The translations under genes and the position numbers were made by a program. From Candidatus Latescibacterota bacterium (lineage in GTDB: Bacteria; Krumholzibacteriota; Krumholzibacteriia; WVZY01), in NCBI GenBank assembly GCA_020352495.1, contig CP070677.1, positions 3,059,296-3,123,295 on the forward strand: a stretch of DNA of 64,000 bases, written 5' to 3'. Of the stretch, positions 9,752 through 18,865 are shown in pieces; positions within the stretch are counted from its first letter, which is position 1; the number at the start of each line of letters is the position of its first letter. The notes beneath the pieces are model-generated. The model was not told where the DNA came from. It ran no database searches and worked only from the letters and a program-made list of their open reading frames with translations.

Positions 9752-10825
9752 TCACTTTGAATAATGGATCAGAGTGTCAACGAGCCTCCGCGCACCGTGG
9801 ACGAGCGTGTCCACAGTTGGCAGCCCGGTTGTCCTTTCCATGATCCCGCAGACGGTGTCGATTTCCTCGCGCGGGATACCCTCGTGGTTGACTGCGATCG
9901 CTACCACCGGCTTGCCCGATATGATTTCTAACGCTTGGATCTGTCTTGTCAGAGGATGAATGGGATAGCCCGGAAAACCGTCGTATTCCCGTCGAGCGGG
10001 GGCGTGTTGTAACACGATCACATCGGGGCGTGTAGCGGCCAGAATTTCGAATCCGCCGGGATAGGCGGGGTTGAGCAGGCTTCCTTGACCTTCGACGACA
10101 ATGACATCCGGTTTTCGTTCGTCCCAGGCCTTCACGATAACGTGCTCGATTTCGCCGGTGACAAAATCGTTGATCAACGAGTCGAGCATGACCGTGTACC
10201 GCGCACCTTGAAGCCAAGCTGTCTGTCCCGTGCCGATCATTTCGACCGTGTATCCCGCCTGTTCGAATCCTTCGACGATTCCCCACGCCGTCGTCCGTTT
10301 GCCGACGGCGGAGTCAGTCCCCAACACCGCAATCCGGAACGAAGAGACCTTTTCGATGCCGCCGGTGAAAAAGTGCATCTCCGCCCTGCTCGGCGTCTTG
10401 CGTACATCCCGGATCACGACGCCGTTTTCGGAAGCGATCGCGTTGAGCTCCGGATCCTCGGAGAGAAAATCGTGGAGACCGGAATCCACGTTCCATCCGA
10501 GCCTCAGTGCCTGCCCTACATCCTCTCTCGCCTTTTGGGAAAGGCGACCACTATCGGGCGCGAGTCCGACGACAAAGTGTGTGGCCCCTTGGCCGTGTGC
10601 GTCCGCCATACCCGCCGCCTCCTCCATCGAACCCAGGATCGGGATCCCACGGTTTGTTCCGTCCAGAACACTGCCAGCGTCTTGCCCGCGGTACCGGCTG
10701 TCCAGAATGGCAAGAATGTCGTACCGTCTCGTGAATCGCACGAGACCGTGCGCCGTCTTTCCGTTTGGGGTATTGAACGCCCCCTCACAATACACGATCG
10801 CCTTTTGTTTGCTTTCGCGGCTCAT
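9752..10825 (-). CDS. DUF1611 family protein (DgcN-like)
   Basis: 357 aa with the characteristic IAVLGTDSAVGKRTTA segment. Its ATG overlaps the upstream gene's stop in an ATGA junction at 10822-10825. Confidence 0.8.
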   Translation of the reverse strand: MSRESKQKAIVYCEGAFNTPNGKTAHGLVRFTRRYDILAILDSRYRGQDAGSVLDGTNRGIPILGSMEEAAGMADAHGQGATHFVVGLAPDSGRLSQKAREDVGQALRLGWNVDSGLHDFLSEDPELNAIASENGVVIRDVRKTPSRAEMHFFTGGIEKVSSFRIAVLGTDSAVGKRTTAWGIVEGFEQAGYTVEMIGTGQTAWLQGARYTVMLDSLINDFVTGEIEHVIVKAWDERKPDVIVVEGQGSLLNPAYPGGFEILAATRPDVIVLQHAPARREYDGFPGYPIHPLTRQIQALEIISGKPVVAIAVNHEGIPREEIDTVCGIMERTTGLPTVDTLVHGARRLVDTLIHYSK

Positions 10826-11940
10826 TTTTTTCCCGTTAACACGGCAACGAAACGGTCATTTGGCAAAGGCTCTCTCACGTGTCGCTCCAAGAGTGCGATG
10901 AGGCCGGCTGTAGACGCGGGAAGGATATTGAGACCCTCTCGTTCGCGGATGAGTCTTGAATACGTCATCATTTTTTTGTCCGACGCGTTCTCGGCCCATC
11001 CATCGGTCGCTCTTATAGACCGAAGGGCATACTCTCCGTCAATCGAATGCCAGTTGATCAACGGTTCATTTACGCTTGTTTCCCGTATGCCCTCAGGCTG
11101 GAGATCTTCACAATGCGGACTCTTCTTGAGCCACGAGTGCACGATCGGGTTTTTTCGCGACGACGACCCTGCGACCATACGTGGCATCCGTGAGGTCTTC
11201 CCCCTCCTGTATAGGCTTAGGAACCCTTTGTGAATCCCCGCCAACGTTGTCCCGTTCGACACGGGTACGGCGACCACCGACGGAGCGTCGCGCATCTCGT
11301 CATAGATCTCGTATGCAATCTGCCCGTACGCCCTGAGTTGTGTCAGTGTGTTCGCCCCGCCCGGGTTTGCATCATAGATTTCGTCGTCCCTCGCCCGTTT
11401 TTGCGAGGCAAGGACGGTGCGCTCATAATCCCCTCCCTCACGGATGATGACAGCTCCAAAGCTTTCCATTTCCTCGATCCGTTGACTCTTGTAACCCAAG
11501 GGGACGTAGATGTAGCACTTCAATCCAACCACCGACGCGGCCAACGCCGTGGCCACCCCGTAGTTGCCGCAGGTAGCGACGGTGACGGCATCGTATCCTC
11601 TCCGGAGTGCATCACCGGCTTGTACAAAGGCGATGCGGTCTTTCTGGGTACCGGTGGGGTTCCCACCCTCGAACTTGAGGTACAGCTGACGGATTTTTGC
11701 CTCGCGTTCTATGTTTCTCGCTCGGGAGAGCGTTGTATCACCAACCTCGGATTCGAGAATATCATCGAAGGCTTCAAGTCGCTCTTCGAGGGGAAGGGAC
11801 GGGTCTTTGACCGTCTCGGCAGTCGGTGTCAGATCTTCGGAGAATAGCTGTTCCTGTGAAGAAGCTCCATCCAAGACAATGTCGAGGCGTGCACCCCCGG
11901 CATCGGTGGTTGTTTCTCTATCCAATTTGTCGTCCCGCAT
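10822..11940 (-). CDS. fold-type II PLP-dependent enzyme (threonine synthase / cysteine synthase-like)
   Basis: PLP-lysine motif FEGGNPTGTQKDRIA and the Gly-rich GNYG loop. An acidic 70-aa N-terminal extension is unusual. No SD sequence. A TATAAT hexamer lies 9 nt upstream of the ATG. Confidence 0.8.
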   Translation of the reverse strand: MRDDKLDRETTTDAGGARLDIVLDGASSQEQLFSEDLTPTAETVKDPSLPLEERLEAFDDILESEVGDTTLSRARNIEREAKIRQLYLKFEGGNPTGTQKDRIAFVQAGDALRRGYDAVTVATCGNYGVATALAASVVGLKCYIYVPLGYKSQRIEEMESFGAVIIREGGDYERTVLASQKRARDDEIYDANPGGANTLTQLRAYGQIAYEIYDEMRDAPSVVAVPVSNGTTLAGIHKGFLSLYRRGKTSRMPRMVAGSSSRKNPIVHSWLKKSPHCEDLQPEGIRETSVNEPLINWHSIDGEYALRSIRATDGWAENASDKKMMTYSRLIREREGLNILPASTAGLIALLERHVREPLPNDRFVAVLTGKK

Positions 11941-11976
11941 GATTAGGGCATTATAATGTGCCTTGAACCCGACGAT

Positions 11977-12435
11977 TTACCCGATTTTCACTTCGATAGC
12001 TTTCGGCTTGGCCGTGGCCGACTTTGGCACATGGAGATAGAGCATCCCATTGTCGAAATTCGCCTGGATCTTCGGCTCGTCTGCGTCGTCGGGCACCTCG
12101 AAAGAGCGCACGAATTTACCGTAAGACCGTTCGATCCTGTGGTGTTTCTTGCCCTTCTCCTCTTTCTCCTGCCTGCGCTCACCCTGTATGGTAAGAACAC
12201 CGTCTTGGACGGTGATCTTAACGTCTTCCTTCCTGATCTCCGGAAGCTCCGCCTTGATCAGGTACTCCTCTACACTCTCGGTGATATCAACGGTAGGTGC
12301 CCAGTCTGCGACGCTCAACGACTCTTTTCTCTCTCCAGATCGAGTCAGTTGGCGCCCGCCGAACACCCGGTTCAAACGCTCGGAAAGCTCCAGGAGTTCC
12401 CTGAATGGATCCCAACGCGTGATGTTTGTCATCAC
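11977..12435 (-). CDS. Hsp20/alpha-crystallin small heat-shock protein
   Basis: 152 aa with an alpha-crystallin domain (PTVDITESVEEYLIKAELPEIRKEDVKITVQDGVLTIQGER...FVRSFEVP). Confidence 0.9.
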   Translation of the reverse strand: MMTNITRWDPFRELLELSERLNRVFGGRQLTRSGERKESLSVADWAPTVDITESVEEYLIKAELPEIRKEDVKITVQDGVLTIQGERRQEKEEKGKKHHRIERSYGKFVRSFEVPDDADEPKIQANFDNGMLYLHVPKSATAKPKAIEVKIG

Positions 12436-12775
12436 ATCCCCCTTCGCACCACCGGCGTTCCCAGGCCGGGATCAGAAAAAAACGACAACAAAACCATCCG
12501 CCGTGAGGCTACTGCGGACTCGCCTCGATGTATCACCTGGAAACGAAATGAGGCTCGTAGCTTGGGGGTGTTGGGGCTGCGTCGGTTCAGAGAGTCCCCC
12601 GCGCTTTGTGACATGGACGTCGGTATTCTTGCCATATCCAATGGCATCGGCGCGCCGCGGAACTCGGTGGCGCAGTCCCAACACGCCTTCGCTAGATCCC
12701 CTCTATGCAACGTGCAGCTCTGACGCATCGGGGTAAGTCGTCCTACAAATACAGTCACCAAAGCCTCAACGGCAA

Positions 12776-14401
12776 CTAGTACATGTCACCCATACCGGCT
12801 CCGCGACCAACAGTCGGCGTTTTTTCCTTATCGGGTTTGTCCGTGACTACCGCTTCCGTCGTCAGGAGAAGACCGGCGACACTACCGGCATTCTGAAGGG
12901 CAGACCGCGCCACCTTTGTCGGGTCGACAATGCCCGCCTTGAGCATGTCTTCATACTCACCGGTCGCGGCATTGAAACCGACGTCGATGGGCCCCTTGAG
13001 GAGATGCTCCACAACGAGCGACCCCTCGGCACCGGCGTTCGTCGCGATCTGGCGAACCGGCTCCTCGAGCGCGCGGCGAACCATGTCGCGGCCGACCGCT
13101 TCATCACCGGAGAGTTGGAGCTTGGCAAGAGCCTTGCCCGCACCGAGCAAAGTGATGCCGCCACCCGGGACGATACCCTCGTCGACCGCGGCGCGAGTTG
13201 CCGACAACGCGTCTTCGACACGCGCCTTCTTCTCTTTCAACTCGACTTCGGTGGCGGCACCCACATTGATCACGGCCACGCCGCCGGCCATCTTCGCCAA
13301 ACGCTCCTGGAGCTTCTCCTTGTCATACTCCGAGGTCGTGTCCTCGATCTGTCGGCGAATTTGAGCAACCCTTGCCTTGATATCAGCTGTCTTACCGCCG
13401 CCCTCGACGATCGTCGTGTCTTCTTTGTTGATCGTCACGCGCTTGGCCTTACCCAGATCGGCCACGGTCACGTTTTCCAGTTTGAAACCGGCCTCCTCAC
13501 TGATCACACGGCCACCGGTCAGGATCGCGATGTCTTCGAGCATCGCCTTCCGCCGGTCACCAAAACCCGGAGCCTTGACCGCAGAGACCTGAAGCGTCCC
13601 GCGAAGCTTGTTGACCACCAAGGTCGCCAACGCCTCGCCCTCCACATCCTCTGCTATGAGGAGAAACGGCTTTGAAAGCTGCGCCACCTTCTCGAGGATG
13701 GGAAGCAGATCCTTCATCGAGCTGACCTTCTTGTCATGGATCAGAACGAACACGTCTTCGAGTACGACTTCCATCCGCTCGGCATCGGTGACAAAGTACG
13801 GTGAGAGATACCCGCGGTCGAACTGCATCCCTTCGACCACTTCCAACGTCGTCTCCATGCTCTTGGCCTCTTCGACCGTGATGACGCCGTCTTTTCCCAC
13901 CTTCTCCATCGCATCGGCAATCAGATTTCCGATCTCGGGATCGTTGTTCGCGCTGATCGTCGCAACGTTGCTGATCTCTTCACGGTTCTTGATCTGTTTC
14001 GACCGCTTGCGGATCTCCTCGACCACGACTTCGACGGCCTTGTTGATCCCGCGTTTGATCGCCATGGGGTTGGCCCCCGCGGTGACGTTCTTGATCCCCA
14101 GATGGATCAGCTTTTGCGCGAGAATCGTCGCCGTCGTCGTCCCATCGCCGGCCACGTCCTGAGTCTTGGTGGCCACTTCTTTGACCATTTGGGCGCCCAG
14201 GTTTTCGTACGGATCGTCCAGCTCGATCTCCTTGGCAATGGTCACGCCGTCGTTGGTCACCGTGGGGCTACCAAACTTTTTGTCGATAACAACGTTTCGC
14301 CCTTTGGGACCGAGAGTGATCTTGACCGCATTGGTGAGCTGGTCCACACCGGACTTGAGCTTCTCTCTTGCCTCGACGTCATAAACCAATTGTTTTGCCA
14401 T
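12776..14401 (-). CDS. groL: chaperonin GroEL
   Basis: 541 aa. Near-canonical GroEL sequence ([12 protein letters not shown], ends GMGDMY). Confidence 0.98.
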   Translation of the reverse strand: MAKQLVYDVEAREKLKSGVDQLTNAVKITLGPKGRNVVIDKKFGSPTVTNDGVTIAKEIELDDPYENLGAQMVKEVATKTQDVAGDGTTTATILAQKLIHLGIKNVTAGANPMAIKRGINKAVEVVVEEIRKRSKQIKNREEISNVATISANNDPEIGNLIADAMEKVGKDGVITVEEAKSMETTLEVVEGMQFDRGYLSPYFVTDAERMEVVLEDVFVLIHDKKVSSMKDLLPILEKVAQLSKPFLLIAEDVEGEALATLVVNKLRGTLQVSAVKAPGFGDRRKAMLEDIAILTGGRVISEEAGFKLENVTVADLGKAKRVTINKEDTTIVEGGGKTADIKARVAQIRRQIEDTTSEYDKEKLQERLAKMAGGVAVINVGAATEVELKEKKARVEDALSATRAAVDEGIVPGGGITLLGAGKALAKLQLSGDEAVGRDMVRRALEEPVRQIATNAGAEGSLVVEHLLKGPIDVGFNAATGEYEDMLKAGIVDPTKVARSALQNAGSVAGLLLTTEAVVTDKPDKEKTPTVGRGAGMGDMY

Positions 14402-14440
14402 AAGCTGGCCCTCCTTTCACCTCGAACCCGAACTCAACCT

Positions 14441-14725
14441 TCATATCGTAGCGAGAATGTCGCTCTCTTGAAGAACGATGTATTTTTTGTCATCGATGTT
14501 GATTTCGGTACCTGAGTATTTCCTGAACAAAATCTTGTCGCCTTTTTTGACCTCGGGTTTGACACGCTCTCCTTTATCGGTGAGGCGACCCTTGCCGACT
14601 GCTATTACTTCTCCCTTTTGGGGTTTTTCTTTCGCGGTGTCAGGAATGATGATCCCGCCCTTCTTTCTGTCGGCCTCTTCAATCGGTTCCACCAATACGT
14701 GATCGGATAAAGGACGCATAACCAT
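14441..14725 (-). CDS. groS: co-chaperonin GroES
   Basis: The ORF-track start was trimmed to the ATG at 14725, which is preceded by GGAGGTG. Product MVMRPLSDHVLVEPIEE...GGIIIPDTAKEKPQKGEVIAVG, 94 aa. Ends 39 nt upstream of groEL. Confidence 0.95.
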   Translation of the reverse strand: MVMRPLSDHVLVEPIEEADRKKGGIIIPDTAKEKPQKGEVIAVGKGRLTDKGERVKPEVKKGDKILFRKYSGTEINIDDKKYIVLQESDILATI

Positions 14726-14843
14726 GATTTCACCTCCGTCCATCGCTCGCCCGCGTTTTTGACCCCACCCGGCACCCTGGCAGTGGGCCTGCGCTTTGCC
14801 ATCCAGGCCTCCACTCAACGTCGCAGGCGTGAATTTCGAGACA

Positions 14844-14872
14844 ATATTATTTGACATCGAAATGTTTGTCAA
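14844..14872 (-). promoter_or_regulatory. near-consensus sigma70 promoter for groES-groEL (TTGACA-N17-TAATAT)
   Basis: Reverse complement of 14867-14872 is TTGACA, followed by a 17 nt spacer; reverse complement of 14844-14849 is TAATAT. About 115 nt upstream of the groES ATG. Confidence 0.6.
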
Positions 14873-14879
14873 GTATTAT
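14851..14879 (+). promoter_or_regulatory. overlapping divergent sigma70 promoter towards marR (TTGACA-N17-TATTAT)
   Basis: TTGACA at 14851-14856 and TATTAT at 14874-14879. The two -35 boxes form the palindrome TTGACA-N10-TGTCAA (14851-14872). A second TTGACG-N17-TAGGCT lies at 14911-14939. Confidence 0.5.
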
Positions 14880-14946
14880 TTTGATATCTGATATTACCTA
14901 ACAAAAAATCTTGACGTGGAAATATATATCTGTTAGGCTCAATGAT

Positions 14947-15456
14947 ATGAAGCATGTGCAAGATCGCTTTGACATCGTCCGTCAGCAATGGAAGCAGGAG
15001 CGACCCGATTTGGACGCCTCCGGTATCGAAGTCGTCGGTCGTATCTTGTTTCTTTCTAGGAAGTTAAGGCGAAGTGCCGCCCGTAAGCTGGCTCGGCTCG
15101 GGCTGAATCTCTGGGGGTACGACGTGCTGGCGAGCCTGAGGCGGCAGGGTCCTCCCTTTCGGATGTCCCCGACCGAACTCAGTCGCACGACACTGCTCTC
15201 GCCCGCAGCCATGACCAATCGCCTTGACCGTCTCGAGGCTGCAGGATGGGTCCAGCGCCAGCCCGACCCCGTCGACCGCCGGAGTCTGCTCATCGAGCTC
15301 ACACCCGAGGGACGCGATCTCGTCGATGAGGCCGCCGGCGTTCGACTCAAGGAGGCTATCGACTCGTTGAACCCCTTGTCCGAGTCCGAACGGCGGGATC
15401 TCGGCGACTTGCTGCGAAGACTCCTCAACGAGTCCGACGAGACGGAACATCTGTAG
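14947..15456 (+). CDS. MarR family transcriptional regulator
   Basis: The TTG start in the track was trimmed to the ATG at 14947 (MKHVQDRF...). Winged-helix region LTRTTLLSPAAMTNRLDRLEAAGWVQRQPDPVDRRS. Confidence 0.85.
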   Translation: MKHVQDRFDIVRQQWKQERPDLDASGIEVVGRILFLSRKLRRSAARKLARLGLNLWGYDVLASLRRQGPPFRMSPTELSRTTLLSPAAMTNRLDRLEAAGWVQRQPDPVDRRSLLIELTPEGRDLVDEAAGVRLKEAIDSLNPLSESERRDLGDLLRRLLNESDETEHL

Positions 15457-15619
15457 CGGGAGTCGGGCTATGGTAGACCAATGCGGCGCACACGAGTGCA
15501 TGGTTTACAGGCGCCTGCTCGCACGGGCAGAACGAGACGCCAGGATTTTGTATTCGACCCGGCGGGGCACGCGTGGCCGTACTGGTATCAATACTCTTCC
15601 TGGCTGAGTTGATGAACCG

Positions 15620-16570
15620 ATGCACCACCAAGAGTTGTTCCGGCGTTGCCCGGATAACCCGATACTCACCGTTGACGACTGGCCCTACCCGGCCAATTCC
15701 GTTTTCAATGCCGCAGCGGCCACGATGGCGAATCGGACGGTGCTACTCGTGCGCGTCGAAGATTTCAGGGGGATCTCCCACCTAACCACCGCCAAAAGCA
15801 AGAACGGCATAGACGGCTGGCAAATCGATCACAAACCCACTTTCGCACCCGATCCGGATTCATGCCCCGAAGAGGTCTGGGGGATCGAAGACCCACGGGT
15901 CACATGGCTTAATGATCAGGAGGAGTGGGGAGTCGCTTACACCGCATATTCCGAAGGTGGCCCTATGGTGTCTCTCGCCACGACGAGAGATTTTTGCAGC
16001 TTCGTTCGGATTGGGCCCGTTCTACCTCCCGAAGACAAAGACGCCGCACTGTTTCCCGTAAGGTTCAATGATCAGTGGGCCATGGTACACCGACCCATCT
16101 CCACACACGTGCGTCTGGGAGCACATATTTGGGTGTCGTTTTCTCCCGATCTCAAGCATTGGGGAGATCATCAGCACGTCATACTCGCTCGCCACGGCAG
16201 CTGGTGGGACGCAAACAAGATCGGTCTTTCCGCGCCACCGATGGAGACTTCCGAGGGGTGGCTGATCCTCTACCACGGGGTAAGGACAACCGTTTCGGGA
16301 TCGATATACCGGTTGGGACTCGCGCTGCTCGATCTCGATAACCCAACAAGACTCACCCATCGAACCGATGAATGGATCTTTGGGCCCAAGGCTCCATACG
16401 AACGCGAGGGGGATGTGGATGAAGTCGTCTTTCCCTGTGGTTGGCTGCGAGACGGCGATGACGTGAGAATGTACTATGGCGCCGCGGACTTGTCGATAGC
16501 ACTGGCGACGGCCAGCCTTCAAGATTTGCTGGATTTTGTGCTCAGATTCCCGTATCCCCAGCGTAAGTGA
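15620..16570 (+). CDS. glycoside hydrolase family 130 (beta-mannoside phosphorylase/glycosidase-like)
   Basis: 316 aa five-bladed-propeller type sequence (NPILTVDDWPYPANSVFNAAA, EDPRVTWL, GWLILYHGV, YYGAADLSIALA). Confidence 0.8.
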   Translation: MHHQELFRRCPDNPILTVDDWPYPANSVFNAAAATMANRTVLLVRVEDFRGISHLTTAKSKNGIDGWQIDHKPTFAPDPDSCPEEVWGIEDPRVTWLNDQEEWGVAYTAYSEGGPMVSLATTRDFCSFVRIGPVLPPEDKDAALFPVRFNDQWAMVHRPISTHVRLGAHIWVSFSPDLKHWGDHQHVILARHGSWWDANKIGLSAPPMETSEGWLILYHGVRTTVSGSIYRLGLALLDLDNPTRLTHRTDEWIFGPKAPYEREGDVDEVVFPCGWLRDGDDVRMYYGAADLSIALATASLQDLLDFVLRFPYPQRK

Positions 16571-16710
16571 ACAGTCATTATATCCGTCACTACTCAGAGA
16601 GGGAGATCACTCTTGTCACACTGGGCAGAATTGAGTGATATAATGAATCGACGTAAACGTGCCGACACCAGGACGATTCCCCCGGGGTAATTGACATACT
16701 TGGAGCAAGA

Positions 16711-18861
16711 ATGAAGATCGCAGTGGTCTATAACCGTGCCAGCAAGAATGTCATCAATTTGTTCGGAATGCCAAACCAGGAACGTATCGGTCTGAAGACC
16801 GTCAAACGTATCGTCGATGCGCTCAAGGCGGGTGGTCATCAGGCCGTCGCCTTGGAGGGCGACAAAGAGCTGGTGGAAAAACTCGAAGAGTTCATGCCAC
16901 GGGTGCTCAAAGGAGAAATCCCGGGTATGGTGTTCAATCTCTCCTACGGGATCCAGGGGCAGGCCCGCTACACCCACGTGCCGAGCATTTTGGAGATGGT
17001 CGGGATTCCATATGTGGGGTCGGGGCCATTGGCGCACTCGCTTGCTTTGGACAAGTTCATCTCGAAAATGATATTTCGCCAACATGGTGTGCCCACCGCT
17101 GATTTCTCGGTATTGAGAGACCGGGATTTCGAACCACCGGAACTCGACTATCCGTTGATCGTGAAACCACAAAGCGAAGCCGTTTCGTTTGGAATAAAAG
17201 TAGTAAAAACCGCCAAGGAGCTTCGAGAAGCCGCTGATGTGATTTTTGCCGAGTACTCACAACCGGTTTTGGTGGAAAAATATATCGACGGTCGTGAGAT
17301 CAACGTCGGCTTGCTTGGAAACCACCCCGCCGAAGCGCTTCCACCAGCCGAAATATCGTTTGGCCGCACCGGCCCAAAGATTTACCGGTACGAGGACAAA
17401 ACCGGAAGATCAGGACGAACGATCGGAGTTGACTGCCCCGCCAAGCTGACCCGGTCGCAGGTGACCAAGGCGCAGGACATCGCAAAAGCCGCGTTCAGCG
17501 CGCTGGGGTGCTATGACTGCGCGCGCGTCGACATGCGTCTGGATGAACAAGGTAAATTCTATGTTCTAGAGGTAAACAGCCTCCCCAGCCTTGGTGAGCA
17601 CGGATCGTACACACATGCTGCGGAGGTCGCGGGACTCGACTACACGGCTCTCGTCAACCGGCTGGTTGCCGTGGCCAGCGCTCGGTATTTCGGGACGCCG
17701 CACCCACCGCAAATCCCCGCAAAGACGGACGATCCAGGGAAGTTCACGTTCTCCTACATCACACAACGACGGGACGCGATCGAAAAACGTCTAAAGGAGT
17801 GGATTTCGTTATCCAGTCGTACATCGGACCCTGTCGGTCTCCGGGAAGCCCGCACCAAGTTCGAAACCGTGCTTACGCAAATGGGGCTTGGCCGTGTTGA
17901 TGATCTGAGCAACGAGCACTCCGCGTGGACTTGGGTGACCAAAAAGGGTTTGGATAATGGGACTCTGCTCGTTTGTCACCTGGACGTGCCGCTCTCAGCG
18001 GAATCCCCACCGGAGGTGTTTCGAAGGGATCCGGAATGGTTATTCGGTGAAGGAGTGGCAAGTTCGCGCGCCCCGGTGGTCATGTTGGAGTTCGCGTTGC
18101 AGGCGCTACGCACCCAACGACAATTGCGCAGACGCCGTATCGGAGTGTTATTCTACACCGACGAAGGCAGAGATGCCCTCTACAGCGAAAACGTAGTTCG
18201 ACGCGCCGCGGCGAAGGCCAAACAGGTACTCGTCCTTCGGCCTGGCCGCACGGGGCATCAGATTCTGACTCAACGCCGTGGTCAAAGAAAATACGAACTC
18301 ACGGTGGACGGGCCGTCCAGACGAGTCGGACAAGTCCGTACGCAGCCCGAAGCGCTTCTGTGGTTTAGCGAGAAGCTCGCCGCGATCACGAAGCTGTCAT
18401 CGAGGAAGGAGCGGCTTGCCGTCGCCGCCGTGGACGTGAGAAGTGAGAACTTCCCGACGCTGACACCCCACCGCGTCAGAGCGACCCTGCTCATGAGCTA
18501 TCTTGACGGTCGCAAGGCTGACGACTTGGAGAAACAGATCCGTGCGATCCTTGGCAAACGTCCTGTTCGATGGAGACTCGAGGTCGTCTCGGATCGACCG
18601 CCGATGAAAGACCGCGTAATAAACAAACGACTGGCCAAGGCCCTTTTGTCAACAGCCTCCGAATGGGAAATTGAACTTGATAAGGGCTCTTCCCTTTGGC
18701 CGTCTGTAGCCGGGCTGGTAGCGGGAAAGACGGCTGTCGTGTGTGGCGTGGGCCCCGTTGCCCGAGACCTCTATACGCCCCGCGAGGCCATTCAACGGAT
18801 CAGCTTGGTTCAGCGGGCGATCGTCCTCGCCCAGTTTCTTTTGAAGATCGAAACGAGGTGA
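16711..18861 (+). CDS. fusion protein: D-Ala-D-Ala ligase-like ATP-grasp + M20-like peptidase domain
   Basis: The N-terminal 330 aa are Ddl-like (PYVGSGPLAHSLALDKFISK, PLIVKPQSEAVSFGI, YVLEVNSLPSL). The C-terminal half resembles M20/ArgE (LLVCHLDVPL, GEGVASSRAP, FYTDEG), with some metal ligands apparently substituted. Confidence 0.7.
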   Translation: MKIAVVYNRASKNVINLFGMPNQERIGLKTVKRIVDALKAGGHQAVALEGDKELVEKLEEFMPRVLKGEIPGMVFNLSYGIQGQARYTHVPSILEMVGIPYVGSGPLAHSLALDKFISKMIFRQHGVPTADFSVLRDRDFEPPELDYPLIVKPQSEAVSFGIKVVKTAKELREAADVIFAEYSQPVLVEKYIDGREINVGLLGNHPAEALPPAEISFGRTGPKIYRYEDKTGRSGRTIGVDCPAKLTRSQVTKAQDIAKAAFSALGCYDCARVDMRLDEQGKFYVLEVNSLPSLGEHGSYTHAAEVAGLDYTALVNRLVAVASARYFGTPHPPQIPAKTDDPGKFTFSYITQRRDAIEKRLKEWISLSSRTSDPVGLREARTKFETVLTQMGLGRVDDLSNEHSAWTWVTKKGLDNGTLLVCHLDVPLSAESPPEVFRRDPEWLFGEGVASSRAPVVMLEFALQALRTQRQLRRRRIGVLFYTDEGRDALYSENVVRRAAAKAKQVLVLRPGRTGHQILTQRRGQRKYELTVDGPSRRVGQVRTQPEALLWFSEKLAAITKLSSRKERLAVAAVDVRSENFPTLTPHRVRATLLMSYLDGRKADDLEKQIRAILGKRPVRWRLEVVSDRPPMKDRVINKRLAKALLSTASEWEIELDKGSSLWPSVAGLVAGKTAVVCGVGPVARDLYTPREAIQRISLVQRAIVLAQFLLKIETR

Positions 18862-18865
18862 CGGA

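Noticed and set aside
10085-11233. 382-aa + strand ORF antisense to the DUF1611 and PLP genes. Similar cases: 6172..6957, 11956..12723, 23860..24789, 35262..36098, 42354..43301.
   Set aside because: They lie fully antisense to genes with clear family motifs. They have Arg/Pro/Ser-rich unnatural composition and no RBS. These are typical shadow ORFs of high-GC coding sequence.
14726-14843. Searched the groES leader for CIRCE (TTAGCACTC-N9-GAGTGCTAA) and HAIR (CTTGAGT-N7-ACTCAAG).
   Set aside because: There is only a TTGAGTG half-site-like string (reverse complement, around 14800) with no partner. No operator was called.
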